A stretch of 64,000 bases of DNA from an uncultured delta proteobacterium (GCA_963827685.1 CAWHBU010000004.1:512001-576000); one strand, 5' to 3'. Positions 20,474-29,866 are shown, counted from the first letter of the stretch. Translations and numbers: made by a program. Notes: generated by a model not told the origin, from the sequence alone.

Positions 20474-21310
20474 GTGATTGATTTGAACCTGATTGGTAAG
20501 AAGTACGGCCCGATCCCCTTCGCGTACACATGGAAGGACGTGGTCCTGTATGCCATAGGTATCGGTGCGCAGGCAGAAGAACTCCCCTTTGTCTACGAGA
20601 ACGCCAAAGGCGGGTTAAGGGTCTTCCCCAGCTTCAGCGTCGTGATGGGCATCCGTCTATTTATTGAAATCTTTAAGGATATGCGGGTGGACCTTTCCAG
20701 ATTCATTCATGGGGAACAGGCTATAAAGCTTTTTCGCCCGATTCCACCCGAAGGGAAGACCCTCATTGAAGGTCAGATTGCAAATATCTATGACAAGGGC
20801 AAAGGGGCGGTGATTGTCTGGCGGATGAAGTTCATGACAGAGGGGGGTGAGCCACTGGGCGAAACCGAGAGCGGCATTTTCTATGTGGGCGAAGGGGGCT
20901 TTGGCGGGGACCCCGGGCCCAAGGCGGAAGTGCTTGACCCTCCTCAAGGGGCCAAGCCGGATTTCACAGCCTCCTATTTTATTCCCGAAAACCAAGCGGC
21001 CCTCTATCGCCTCAACGGCGACGTTAACCCCCTGCACGTGGACCCTGATTTTGCTAAGAGGGGTGGTTTTTCCCGCCCGATCCTCCACGGTCTTTGTACC
21101 TACGGCTACGCGGTGAGAGCCATTTTATACAAGGCCTGCGATGGAGATGTGAAGCGATTCAAGGAGTTCAAGGCCCGTTTTTCTGGAGTGGTCTATCCCG
21201 GCGACACTCTCGTGACAGAGGGATGGATGGATAAGGGCGGGCGTTACCTGATGCAGTCCCGCACTGACCGCGGGGTGGTCCTCAGCCAAGCCTATGCCAG
21301 GGTTGACTAA
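20474..21310 (+). CDS. MaoC/hydratase-2 family (R)-enoyl-CoA hydratase, double hot-dog
   Basis: LYAIGIGA, HGEQ, YRLNGD.NPLH.DP..A..GGF..PILHGLC. Confidence 0.9.
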   Translation: MIDLNLIGKKYGPIPFAYTWKDVVLYAIGIGAQAEELPFVYENAKGGLRVFPSFSVVMGIRLFIEIFKDMRVDLSRFIHGEQAIKLFRPIPPEGKTLIEGQIANIYDKGKGAVIVWRMKFMTEGGEPLGETESGIFYVGEGGFGGDPGPKAEVLDPPQGAKPDFTASYFIPENQAALYRLNGDVNPLHVDPDFAKRGGFSRPILHGLCTYGYAVRAILYKACDGDVKRFKEFKARFSGVVYPGDTLVTEGWMDKGGRYLMQSRTDRGVVLSQAYARVD

Positions 21311-21606
21311 TAAAAGATAAGGGAAACACCACGAAACGGCAGGCAGGGATGGCAGAGTTTATATTAGCGTTGCAAGAAAAGGCAGTCAAGTGTGCTTCCA
21401 GACCTTTAGAATGCGGTTTTTTTGGCATGTTTTATGGGTAACATGCGATGTCACCCGGGGTGACGTTTGCCATTTGCTGGACGGGCGGAGCAGCGAGACG
21501 TTTAAACGTGCCGCTCTAAAGCTCCTCCAGCACCCCCGACTGCCTTTCAGAAGGTTTCTTATGCAACTGGCGGGTTTATATTCTGTTTAAGGTGAGGGTT
21601 CATTCG

Positions 21607-21750
21607 ATGGCTTCATCGTGCGAGGAATATCGTTACCAGCAGCAGCTGCTTGCCTTAAAGAAACGTTTGGCTGAGGATAAGCTGATCCCGGAAGAACGGG
21701 AAGAGATCGAGAGGCTGGTTCAGGAGCTGGAAAGAAAATTGAAAATGTGA
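21607..21750 (+). CDS. Small hypothetical coiled-coil protein (47 aa)
   Basis: MASSCEEYRYQQQLLALKKRL...ERKLKM; GAGG RBS; fits the gap before mltA; below ORF-track cutoff. Confidence 0.6.
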   Translation: MASSCEEYRYQQQLLALKKRLAEDKLIPEEREEIERLVQELERKLKM

Positions 21751-21785
21751 ACGTGTAACAGTGACAGAGAAGAACAGGATTCTCG

Positions 21786-22997
21786 ATGACGATGAAAGGT
21801 GTTAGAAAGGGTTTTCCCGTCGCATTCCTTTTTCTGACTGTGGCGATGGCTGTCAGTTGCTATCCTGTACTGAAAAAAGAGGCACAGCAGCCGGAGGAAG
21901 CTCTCAGGCAGGTCCGCTTCCTTTCTCCCGAGTTCCGCGATGACATGGATCGTGACTCCTTGATGCTGGCCGTCAGAAGAAACATGGAATACCTGGGTCG
22001 CCTCGGTCCTGAGACAGTATTTCACTACGGGCCAGACGATTTTACCGTCCAACAGGTGCGTGAGAGCCAAGAGACTTTCCTGGATCTCGTGGCAAAAGGA
22101 CTTGATCCAGATCATCTGAGCAGAGAGATCAGGGAGAAGTTTCGGGTTTACCGGGCTACGGGTCGGGTTGGAGACAGAAGGGTACTCTTCACAGGGTATT
22201 ATGAGCCCATTTATGAAGGAAGCCTGGCTTCTGATGAGGTCTTCAAGTATCCGCTGTATCGTTCGCCTGACGATCTGATAAGAATTGACCTGTCTCTCTT
22301 CAGTGAGAAGTTCAAGGGAGAGAACATCGTCGCGAGAATCGAAGGCAAGAAGGTCCTGCCTTACTACTCCAGGTACCAGATTGAGGCAGAAAGGGTGCTG
22401 GAGGGAAAGGGTCTTGAGATCGCGTGGCTAAAAGACCCGTTGGATGTGACTTTTCTCCACATCCAGGGATCGGGCAGGCTGAGGCTCCCCGACGGAAAGG
22501 AACTCTTGGTTCACTACCAGGCCTCCAATGGCCGACCCTACCGGAGCATCGGGCGGTATATGATCGAGAAGGGGTTTCTTGCGCGTGAAGAGATGTCCAT
22601 GCAAGCGATGAGGAGATACTTGACCGAGAACCCGGAGATCCTCGATGAGGTTCTGAATTATAATCCCTCGTACGTGTTCTTTCGGCAGGTGGAGGACGGC
22701 CCTTTAGGCAGTCTCGGTGTCCTCCTGACCCCGGGAAGGTCGGTTGCCTTAGATTCCAGGATTTTCCCAAAGGGAGCCCTCGGGTTCATCGTGTGCCACA
22801 AACCCCTTATGAATGACCGGGGAGAGATCATTGGGTGGAATAAATTCTATCGTTTTGTCATAAATCAAGACACGGGTGGGGCGATCAAAGGGGCTGGAAG
22901 AGCAGATATCTTCTGGGGAAGCGGCTCCTACGCCGAGTTGACGGCAGGGCACTTGCGGCATGAGGGGGACCTGTACATTTTGATCAAGGAGCCTTAA
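21786..22997 (+). CDS. mltA: Membrane-bound lytic murein transglycosylase A
   Basis: Lipobox AVSC; FTGYYEP, HIQGSG, NPSYVFF, QDTGGAIKG..RADIFWG. Confidence 0.95.
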   Translation: MTMKGVRKGFPVAFLFLTVAMAVSCYPVLKKEAQQPEEALRQVRFLSPEFRDDMDRDSLMLAVRRNMEYLGRLGPETVFHYGPDDFTVQQVRESQETFLDLVAKGLDPDHLSREIREKFRVYRATGRVGDRRVLFTGYYEPIYEGSLASDEVFKYPLYRSPDDLIRIDLSLFSEKFKGENIVARIEGKKVLPYYSRYQIEAERVLEGKGLEIAWLKDPLDVTFLHIQGSGRLRLPDGKELLVHYQASNGRPYRSIGRYMIEKGFLAREEMSMQAMRRYLTENPEILDEVLNYNPSYVFFRQVEDGPLGSLGVLLTPGRSVALDSRIFPKGALGFIVCHKPLMNDRGEIIGWNKFYRFVINQDTGGAIKGAGRADIFWGSGSYAELTAGHLRHEGDLYILIKEP

Positions 22998-23182
22998 GCG
23001 AGAAAGGATTCAGGGTCAAAGCTAAAGAATAAACTTTGAACGTTTGGAAAGGCCAGTTAGCTACAGGAAGAGCTGAGGTGTCATCCATAAAAAAGTTGGT
23101 CAGTGGTTCAGGGGCCAGGCATTGGTAATCAGGTATTAGTCTAAGAATCGGTCAACGGTGATCTGATTTTCGGGGTAGGTTG

Positions 23183-23959
23183 ATGAAAGACATTTATGAA
23201 GAGATGATGGTTGCCTCTCGAGTGATTGCCGCCTCTTTTCCTCAACCCAGCTTTTATGTTTGCTGCAGAGAGCCGCTTGACCTGTCTCGCTCCCTTTTTG
23301 ATGAGGACGCACAGGTTATGAAATGCCGCACCCTCGTCCTCAACGAGCTAAAGGAGGACCTCGGCCATGGAATCGATCACTGTGAAAAGGTGGCCTTGGA
23401 AGCCGGGGCCTTGGCTTATATCGAAGGGGGGAGGCTTTGCCTGGAGGAATCTTTGAGGCGCGAAGCTTGCCTCCTGGCCCAGATCGCCGGCCTCCTGCAT
23501 GACCTGCGGCGTAATGAAAAAGAGCACGCCAAGGCGAGCGCCTCTGCGGCCTCGAGAATGTTACAGGAGTTCTCCGTCTTCCCTAAAAAAGGAGAATACA
23601 TCGTGCAGGCCATTGCTAACCACGAGGCCTTCGTTGAGCCAAAGAGAGTTCGTTCACCTGTGGGCCAGATGATCAGCGATGCGCTCTACGATGCTGATAA
23701 ATTCCGCTGGGGCCCGGACAATTTTACCCAGACCCTGTGGCGAATGCTCCGCTCCTCAAGGGCGCGCATCGCGCCCCTGATTCGCAGGTTTCCGAAGGGA
23801 ATGGAAGGAATCTCTGGGATCAAAGAGACCTTCCGCACGGAGACGGGGAAGATCTATGGACCGGAGTTCATCGAGTTGGGGCTTAAGATCGGGGGGGAAA
23901 TCTACCTGTTTCTCGAAGAAAGATTCTCTGACGAACTGCAGCAAGAGAAGACAGAATGA
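23183..23959 (+). CDS. HD-domain metal-dependent phosphohydrolase
   Basis: GHGIDH..KV, LLHD, ANH, LYDADK motifs. Confidence 0.85.
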   Translation: MKDIYEEMMVASRVIAASFPQPSFYVCCREPLDLSRSLFDEDAQVMKCRTLVLNELKEDLGHGIDHCEKVALEAGALAYIEGGRLCLEESLRREACLLAQIAGLLHDLRRNEKEHAKASASAASRMLQEFSVFPKKGEYIVQAIANHEAFVEPKRVRSPVGQMISDALYDADKFRWGPDNFTQTLWRMLRSSRARIAPLIRRFPKGMEGISGIKETFRTETGKIYGPEFIELGLKIGGEIYLFLEERFSDELQQEKTE

Positions 23960-24154
23960 GAATTCTTTGGTGGCCTCCAACGCATGGAGCCGCCGGGGCA
24001 AAGGCTACGGTCAGATTTGGGAAATTGAGGTTTGTTGCCAGCTATAAAAAAGTTGGCCGTTTCTAAATGCCAATTTCGGATTGCGCCTGCCCTGTACCCT
24101 GTTAGGTTCGGGGCCTGCGGCAGGAAGACATATTCTAAACTCCTCGCTTTCCAA

Positions 24155-24790
24155 TTATGGCGAGAGGTGTTCGGTGAGACGATGACTGGTTTCGGCCACC
24201 ATGCACCATATGATATCTAAAGGAAGGTGGGACTCGATCGTTGAGTCGAATAGAACACTGACCTTGGGAGGAAATTCCGCATCCCCTTTCCATAGAATAT
24301 AAGCCAGAGGAACTTTTGGAAATACCTCTAAGGCAAATCCCTTATCTCCATAAAGGATTTCACTCCCCCCCAGCCTCTCACCTGTTTCAAGAAATGCCTC
24401 TGGATCCTTTCCGAAAAGGTTCACCAGGTCCTCAACCTCAAGGCGATGAGGACCCCGGAAAAAGGTGGATCCTCCCTTCAGATCTTTCTCGCTGACCCAC
24501 GTGTGCGTCGGTTTGATGTCTTTGGCTTCTGTCAGATACACGAGGACCATCAGAGAGAAATAAGGATGGAGTGATTCCTCAACGGGTTTATCGTTCCATT
24601 CCACGCGCAGAATCTTTTTTTCTTTTGGGAGGATGAGGTACCGCTGATTATAGACTGGCAATAAAAAGCCTTCTCGGGCAGGGTGATAGATGGCTTCTGT
24701 TCGGTTACACACATCCGTCGGATGAAATTGGGAAAGTCTATCCCAATGGAAAGGGTCAATCACTGCTTTTGTGTTGGTTTCCTCTCCCAT
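24155..24790 (-). CDS. DUF3786 domain protein
   Basis: W...KDL.GG..FF.GPH, FPKVP...ILW.GD.EFP....LFD.....HLPLD. Confidence 0.85.
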   Translation of the reverse strand: MGEETNTKAVIDPFHWDRLSQFHPTDVCNRTEAIYHPAREGFLLPVYNQRYLILPKEKKILRVEWNDKPVEESLHPYFSLMVLVYLTEAKDIKPTHTWVSEKDLKGGSTFFRGPHRLEVEDLVNLFGKDPEAFLETGERLGGSEILYGDKGFALEVFPKVPLAYILWKGDAEFPPKVSVLFDSTIESHLPLDIIWCMVAETSHRLTEHLSP

Positions 24791-25082
24791 TTTGTCCTCT
24801 CTTCTTATTTTAAAATAATGATAGTTTAGTTTTATCTCATTTTCAATGAATAAGTGATAAGAGTAAAGGGGAAAGGAAGATGGCCCATTTCCTGTCTTAG
24901 AGACCCTATAATGATCTTCAGCGTAACCTCACATATCAAAGGAGATATTCGCCCAAAATCGTTCTATTCCCGACAATATGTCACCTCCTGTCAGAGCATG
25001 TTCCAACTCAAACCTGTATTTGTAATTTAAATTAGGCTTTAAACATCTGTTAGTTATGAAGCTGAAGAAGTAAATTTCTCTC

Positions 25083-25098
25083 TGGCACAATTTTTGCT
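25083..25098 (+). promoter_or_regulatory. Sigma54 (-24/-12) promoter upstream of the PilZ gene
   Basis: TGGCACAATTTTTGCT matches TGGCAC-N5-TTGC. Confidence 0.75.
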
Positions 25099-25132
25099 GT
25101 AAAAGTCTATAAAATCAAATCAAATAGGGGCA

Positions 25133-25525
25133 ATGATGATACCGTTAGTGGAAAAGACCGTACCCTCAGAAAAAAGAAAATATCCGAGATTTAGTGCCGA
25201 TTTCCCGGTTAAGTATAGTACAACCAGCTCGTTCTTCAAAAGCGCTCGAGTTGACAATGCCAGTGAAGGGGGATTACTTGTCTGCCTTCCAGAGAAAATG
25301 CATATTGGTGAGCATCTGGCGTTGAAATTATTTTTTCCTTCCCGTTCTGAATTAAATATTGTCGAGACGGTGGTCCAGGTGATATGGATGGGTATTCGTC
25401 TGAGGAAGGATTGGACGTGGGATTATCGGACTGGAGTGAGATTTGAAGACATTGCTCCAAAGGATATGACGACTTTGAAAAATTTCTTAACAAGCCTCGC
25501 GCCAAAATCACCGCCCGCTTCCTAA
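25133..25525 (+). CDS. PilZ domain protein
   Basis: KRKYPR (RxxxR) and NASEGG (NxSxGG) motifs; GVRF near C-terminus. Confidence 0.9.
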   Translation: MMIPLVEKTVPSEKRKYPRFSADFPVKYSTTSSFFKSARVDNASEGGLLVCLPEKMHIGEHLALKLFFPSRSELNIVETVVQVIWMGIRLRKDWTWDYRTGVRFEDIAPKDMTTLKNFLTSLAPKSPPAS

Positions 25526-25775
25526 CGGCAGTGTCAACCAAACCGAGCCAGCAGAATTTTCGAGAAACCAGTTAAAAGGTCCAATTCGTTATTATCGATT
25601 TCCCCCTGGAAATAGCGGACGTTGGTCCCGGACGGCGTAAGTCTTCAACCGAGATAATCAAACACTATTTTTAAATTCATATTTGTGATAATCTAAAATA
25701 GTAGACAGCCTTTTTGTTCAGGGGCATGAAGGGTTCTTCAACAGACCTGAAGTCAGAGAAGAAGATAGATTATTC

Positions 25776-27140
25776 ATGAAAAGAGCCGTTGCTCAGCTTT
25801 TTCGCCCGACCATCGCCAAGAAATTGCTCCTCGGATTCCTATCCCATGGGATCTTGACCATCCTCATTGCCTTCATCGCCCTCTTCAGCCTTCAACGCTT
25901 GAATGAAATCAATAATCGGATTATAGGGCGTGATGTTCCCTTGGTGGAAATGACCGATAAAATGATCGAGGCCCTGCTGGCCCAGGAACTCTATGGACGT
26001 CGCTTTTTCATCCTCAGGAGTTCGGAGATGGAGGCGCTCTTCTGGAAAAGAAGTGAGGAATTCAAAAAGCTCCTGCAGCAGATGGGTGATCTTCCAGATG
26101 TCTCCGACCTTCCACTCGATCGACTATCTATCCTTCACGAAGAGTATAACCATTTCTTCAAAACAGGATTAGAGAAGACGAAAGGTTTTTCTTCCCGCAC
26201 CCTCCAGGATCGTGATCAACAAATCGGGCAAAGTCGGGAAGAACTCATTCAACTGGTAAAAAGGATCTCTTATGATGCCAGGAAGGACCAGAATGAGAAA
26301 AGCCTGAAGACCCTGAGTGTTGGCCATTCCGCTTTTTGGATGACTGCCGGATTGAGTATCGGCGGCCTTCTTCTGGGAATCATCATTGCCCTGACCATTA
26401 CCCGTCGCATCTCCCATTCCATCAATCAATTAAAACTTTCCACTCGGGAGATATCGGGGGGGAAGTTTGACCGTCTGCCCGAGGTTCATCATCAGGATGA
26501 ATTGGGAGATCTCTCTCAGGCTATTCAGAAGATGGCACAGAGATTGAAACATCTCGAAGAGATGAATCTCGACGCCAACCCACTCACTCACCTTCCCGGA
26601 AGCGTCGCCATCGAAAATGTCTTAGATAAAAGGTTAAAGGAAGAAAGCCCTCTGGCCTTTTGCCAGCTTGATTTGAGCAACTTCAAGGCCTTTAACGATC
26701 GGTACGGGTATGTCAGGGGCAATCAGGTTATCCTGACGACGGCCAAAATTGTAACCGAAGTGGTCAAGGCACAAGGAAATGAAGGAGCCTTTGTCGGACA
26801 TATCGGGGGAGATGATTTTGTCGTGGTCACTTCTCCCGAAAGGTATGAAAAGATTTGCCTCGCCGTCATCGATTCCTTTGATAAGATGGTCCATGATTTT
26901 TACGACCTGGAAGACCGGCAGCGCGGTGCCATCCAGGGGGAGACGCGGCAAGGCCAGAAAGTCTCCTTTCCCATCATGACTCTGGCCATTGCAGTGGTCA
27001 CCAACCAGCACCAGCGGCTGCAAAATCACGTCCAGGTCGGGGAGATCGCCGCGGAGCTGAAACATTATGCCAAGTCTTTTCCCCGCAGCATTTTTGTAGT
27101 CGATCGGCGCAGGGATAGCGTTTCCCCTCAGGGAAACTGA
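25776..27140 (+). CDS. Membrane-bound diguanylate cyclase (4HB sensor-HAMP-GGDEF)
   Basis: Two TM segments, HAMP DELG.L, NPLT.LP, FKAFND.YG..GN, HIGGDDF. Confidence 0.92.
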   Translation: MKRAVAQLFRPTIAKKLLLGFLSHGILTILIAFIALFSLQRLNEINNRIIGRDVPLVEMTDKMIEALLAQELYGRRFFILRSSEMEALFWKRSEEFKKLLQQMGDLPDVSDLPLDRLSILHEEYNHFFKTGLEKTKGFSSRTLQDRDQQIGQSREELIQLVKRISYDARKDQNEKSLKTLSVGHSAFWMTAGLSIGGLLLGIIIALTITRRISHSINQLKLSTREISGGKFDRLPEVHHQDELGDLSQAIQKMAQRLKHLEEMNLDANPLTHLPGSVAIENVLDKRLKEESPLAFCQLDLSNFKAFNDRYGYVRGNQVILTTAKIVTEVVKAQGNEGAFVGHIGGDDFVVVTSPERYEKICLAVIDSFDKMVHDFYDLEDRQRGAIQGETRQGQKVSFPIMTLAIAVVTNQHQRLQNHVQVGEIAAELKHYAKSFPRSIFVVDRRRDSVSPQGN

Positions 27141-27453
27141 AATATTTTGCCACCACCCCTATCAGTAAATCTATTCATTGTTGGTGACAGGAATAGATTC
27201 TATCTTCCCCTGCCTTAGCTTGCCTATCCCAGCGTTCCCCTCTTCAGAAATTGTCGTACTCGATCTTGGACATTACGGGAACTGTCAGTGACTTAGTGTC
27301 TCAACTAATTTTCTCCTTATTTTTCTATTTGTTAATACAATTTTTGTGAATTCCTCAAAAAAATGTGAATTTTTTTCTTATTTAGTAATTAAATTCACAT
27401 CGTGCTCAATTAGAATCCTTATTAGTTTCAACCTATTGCCGAATGTGATATTT

Positions 27454-27469
27454 TGGCATGAAACATGCT
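27454..27469 (+). promoter_or_regulatory. Putative sigma54 promoter
   Basis: TGGCATGAAACATGCT, GG-N10-GC spacing, after an AT-rich upstream region. Confidence 0.55.
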
Positions 27470-27501
27470 GCATCAATACTCAAATATTGTGAAAGGAGAC
27501 T

Positions 27502-27621
27502 ATGATGAATCCAGCGGCCACCGAATTGGTCCTCATCAATTCTTTCATAGTTCTTTTGATCTTTATAGACGCGATTATTAGAATCGGATCCAGCACATCA
27601 GATGACTTTGACCCAAATTGA
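27502..27621 (+). CDS. Small single-TM hypothetical protein (39 aa)
   Basis: AAGGAG RBS; MMNPAATELVLINSFIVLLIFIDAIIRIGSSTSDDFDPN; lies between a sigma54-like promoter and a terminator. Confidence 0.5.
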   Translation: MMNPAATELVLINSFIVLLIFIDAIIRIGSSTSDDFDPN

Positions 27622-27693
27622 ATTTTCCTTTTATCTTTATATGTAACAGAGAAAACACCCTCTCTCTTCCTCCACATTCAACCTTTAACCGCT

Positions 27694-27733
27694 GAGAGTC
27701 CGCCGTATTCAAGGAGTACGGCGGACTCTCTTT
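27694..27733 (+). terminator. Rho-independent terminator
   Basis: gagagtccgccgta-loop-tacggcggactctc followed by ttt. Confidence 0.75.
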
Positions 27734-28031
27734 GTCCCTCAAGCCGTTAAGTTAAGCGGTAAATTCCTTTTGTTTTATCCATGGCTACTAAGCCTTCAAT
27801 AACATTGCAGAAATTTACTATTACACGTTGGGGTGTCTACGGAGGAACCCGGAACACCAGGGAGATGATGAAGAATTCGTGGAACTCTGATGCCAAGAGG
27901 GTTTGAATACGACAAGGGAGATGGTTCGGTATGAGGCCTTCGTGAAGGGACTTTAAAACATTCGCGGAATCATATTTAAGAAGTGGTGAAAAACGAAGAG
28001 GCCAGGCAATTGCCTAACCTCTCATTTTTAT

Positions 28032-28107
28032 TGGTGGAGCTGAACGGGATCGAACCGTCGGCCTCTTGAATGCCATTCAAGCGCTCTCCCAGCTGAGCTA
28101 CAGCCCC
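28032..28107 (-). tRNA. tRNA-Ala(GGC)
   Basis: GGGGCTGTAGCTCAGCTGGGAGAGCG...TGGCA...GGTTCGATCCC...CTCCACCA, 76 nt. Confidence 0.97.
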
Positions 28108-28259
28108 ACGGAGATTCAAAATAACATAGTGAAAAATACGTTGTCAAATCCAATTTCCCGTCGATTTACACCCCGTTCCCTTGAAGGGAGAGGGTGAAAA
28201 CGAAGTTCGTCATTTTTGGAATTGACATACGGAATCGTTTTTCTTATATTTGTTTTCAT

Positions 28260-28348
28260 GCCGGAGTGGTGAAACTGGTAGACGCACGGGACTCAAAATC
28301 CCGCGGGGCTTCCACCCCGTGTCGGTTCGATTCCGACCTCCGGCACCA
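28260..28348 (+). tRNA. tRNA-Leu(CAA)
   Basis: GCCGGAGTGGTGAAACTGGTAGACGC..CTCAAAA..long variable arm..GGTTCGATTCC..CCGGCACCA; TTGACA promoter upstream. Confidence 0.97.
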
Positions 28349-28624
28349 ATTATTCGAACAGGTTTGATGTTTTTAAGAAAAGATTTTCGGAAGGGTCATT
28401 GGAAGGATTTGACCATTTTTTGACTATCCCATCATTGGTATCAACCGAACCATATCATTTCCCGGTCACACCCGGTCTTTCCGCCCCTGACTGAAGGGTT
28501 GCATACAGAGGGTTCGTTTGCTTTTCCCTCCCTGCCCATGCTAAGATGTGAAAACTTTTTCTTGAAGACTCCGACAGGACCCTGGAAAAATCTTCTTTCA
28601 GCGGCCGACTAAGGACTTAAACTT

Positions 28625-29866
28625 ATGGCAGAGATCATTCCCTTCAGGGGACTTCTGTATGATGTTTCCAAGGTTTCTATTGAGGATGTCCCTGCCCCTC
28701 CTTATGATATTATTACACCTGAATGGCGGGAATCATTATACATGAAGAGCCCCCATAATATTGTAAGGATAGATTTTGGTAAAGAGGAACCGGGAGATAA
28801 TGAAACCGAAAATAAATACACACGGGCCAGGAGATGGCTCGATGCGTGGATCAAGGACGGCGTATTGATACGCAGCCATAAACCTTCATTCTACGCCTAT
28901 GAGATTATCTATACCATTCACGGTGTAAGAAAGCGACTCCCCGGATTTCTGTGCCTCGTGAAACTCGAAGAATTGGGTAAAGGGAGCATTTACCCACATG
29001 AATGCACACACTCTAATCCAAAACAGGACAGGCTGAATCTCCTGAGGGCTTGTGAGGCAAACACCAGTCCTATCTTCTCACTCTATAAGAGTTCAGCGGA
29101 TGGAATATCCAGGATTCTCTCAAGGGTCACCTGTACCAGGCCTTATCTCCAGGCTGCCGACATCTCCGGTAATCTGCACCGGCTCTGGCAGATCGATCGG
29201 CCCGAGGAAATAGAAATCATTAAAAAGGAGCTTGCCGATAAGCCTGTCTTTATAGCCGACGGACACCACCGATACGAGACTTCGTTTGAATACCAGAGAG
29301 AAATGTCGGCAAAGAAGGAATCTTCTTCGCACAGGAAATCCTATGATTACACCCTCATGTTTCTCGCCAATTTGATGGACGAGGGAATCACCATCCTTCC
29401 GACACACCGGCTCATCAAGGAAATTCCAAAGGATATCCATGGGATGATTTCCAGATATTTCGAGATCGAAACGGTAGCCAATGATTTCGACATCCGCAAA
29501 CGGCTCTCCGGCAGAAAGAATGTTTTCGGTTTCTTCAGAAGACAGGAAAAAGCGTGGTCCGTTCTTAGTTATCGGGCAGGGGATCTCTCGGAACTCCATC
29601 CTGACCTCAGGGACATCGATGTGATCATCCTGCACGAGGTGATATTCAAGAAGATCCTGATGAACGCGGAAATCGGATATGAGATGGATGTTGCGAAGGC
29701 GCTCGATCAAGTGAATCATGGAGAATATGCGGCCGCTTTTTTCCTGAATCCGACGCGGGTTGAGGATGTCGAAAAATCAGCCCTTTCCTCAATGAGAATG
29801 CCACCGAAGTCCACTTATTTTTATCCGAAACTTTTGACCGGATTGGTATTGAATCAATGGGAATAA
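28625..29866 (+). CDS. DUF1015 family protein
   Basis: PPYD, PHE.T, IADGHHRY, PTHR, MPPKSTYFYPK. Confidence 0.92.
   Translation: MAEIIPFRGLLYDVSKVSIEDVPAPPYDIITPEWRESLYMKSPHNIVRIDFGKEEPGDNETENKYTRARRWLDAWIKDGVLIRSHKPSFYAYEIIYTIHGVRKRLPGFLCLVKLEELGKGSIYPHECTHSNPKQDRLNLLRACEANTSPIFSLYKSSADGISRILSRVTCTRPYLQAADISGNLHRLWQIDRPEEIEIIKKELADKPVFIADGHHRYETSFEYQREMSAKKESSSHRKSYDYTLMFLANLMDEGITILPTHRLIKEIPKDIHGMISRYFEIETVANDFDIRKRLSGRKNVFGFFRRQEKAWSVLSYRAGDLSELHPDLRDIDVIILHEVIFKKILMNAEIGYEMDVAKALDQVNHGEYAAAFFLNPTRVEDVEKSALSSMRMPPKSTYFYPKLLTGLVLNQWE

Larger units (their letters stand above)
7162..24068 (+). repeat. Dispersed direct-repeat family (~11 copies) delimiting gene modules; consensus GGTGTCATCCATAAAAAAGTTGGCCGTTYCAAAT
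   Basis: Copies at ~7162, 7621, 8507 (degenerate), 9064, 9988, 11581, 14824 (degenerate), 16450, 20428, 23077, 24037; all on + strand at gene boundaries. Confidence 0.85.

Noticed and set aside
7162-24068. CRISPR array interpretation of the recurring motif
   Set aside because: Spacing is 0.45-4 kb and contains whole genes; copies are degenerate; no cas genes.
7162-24068. Classical integron with attC sites
   Set aside because: No RYYYAAC...GTTRRRY palindromic attC structure around the sites and no intI in the window.
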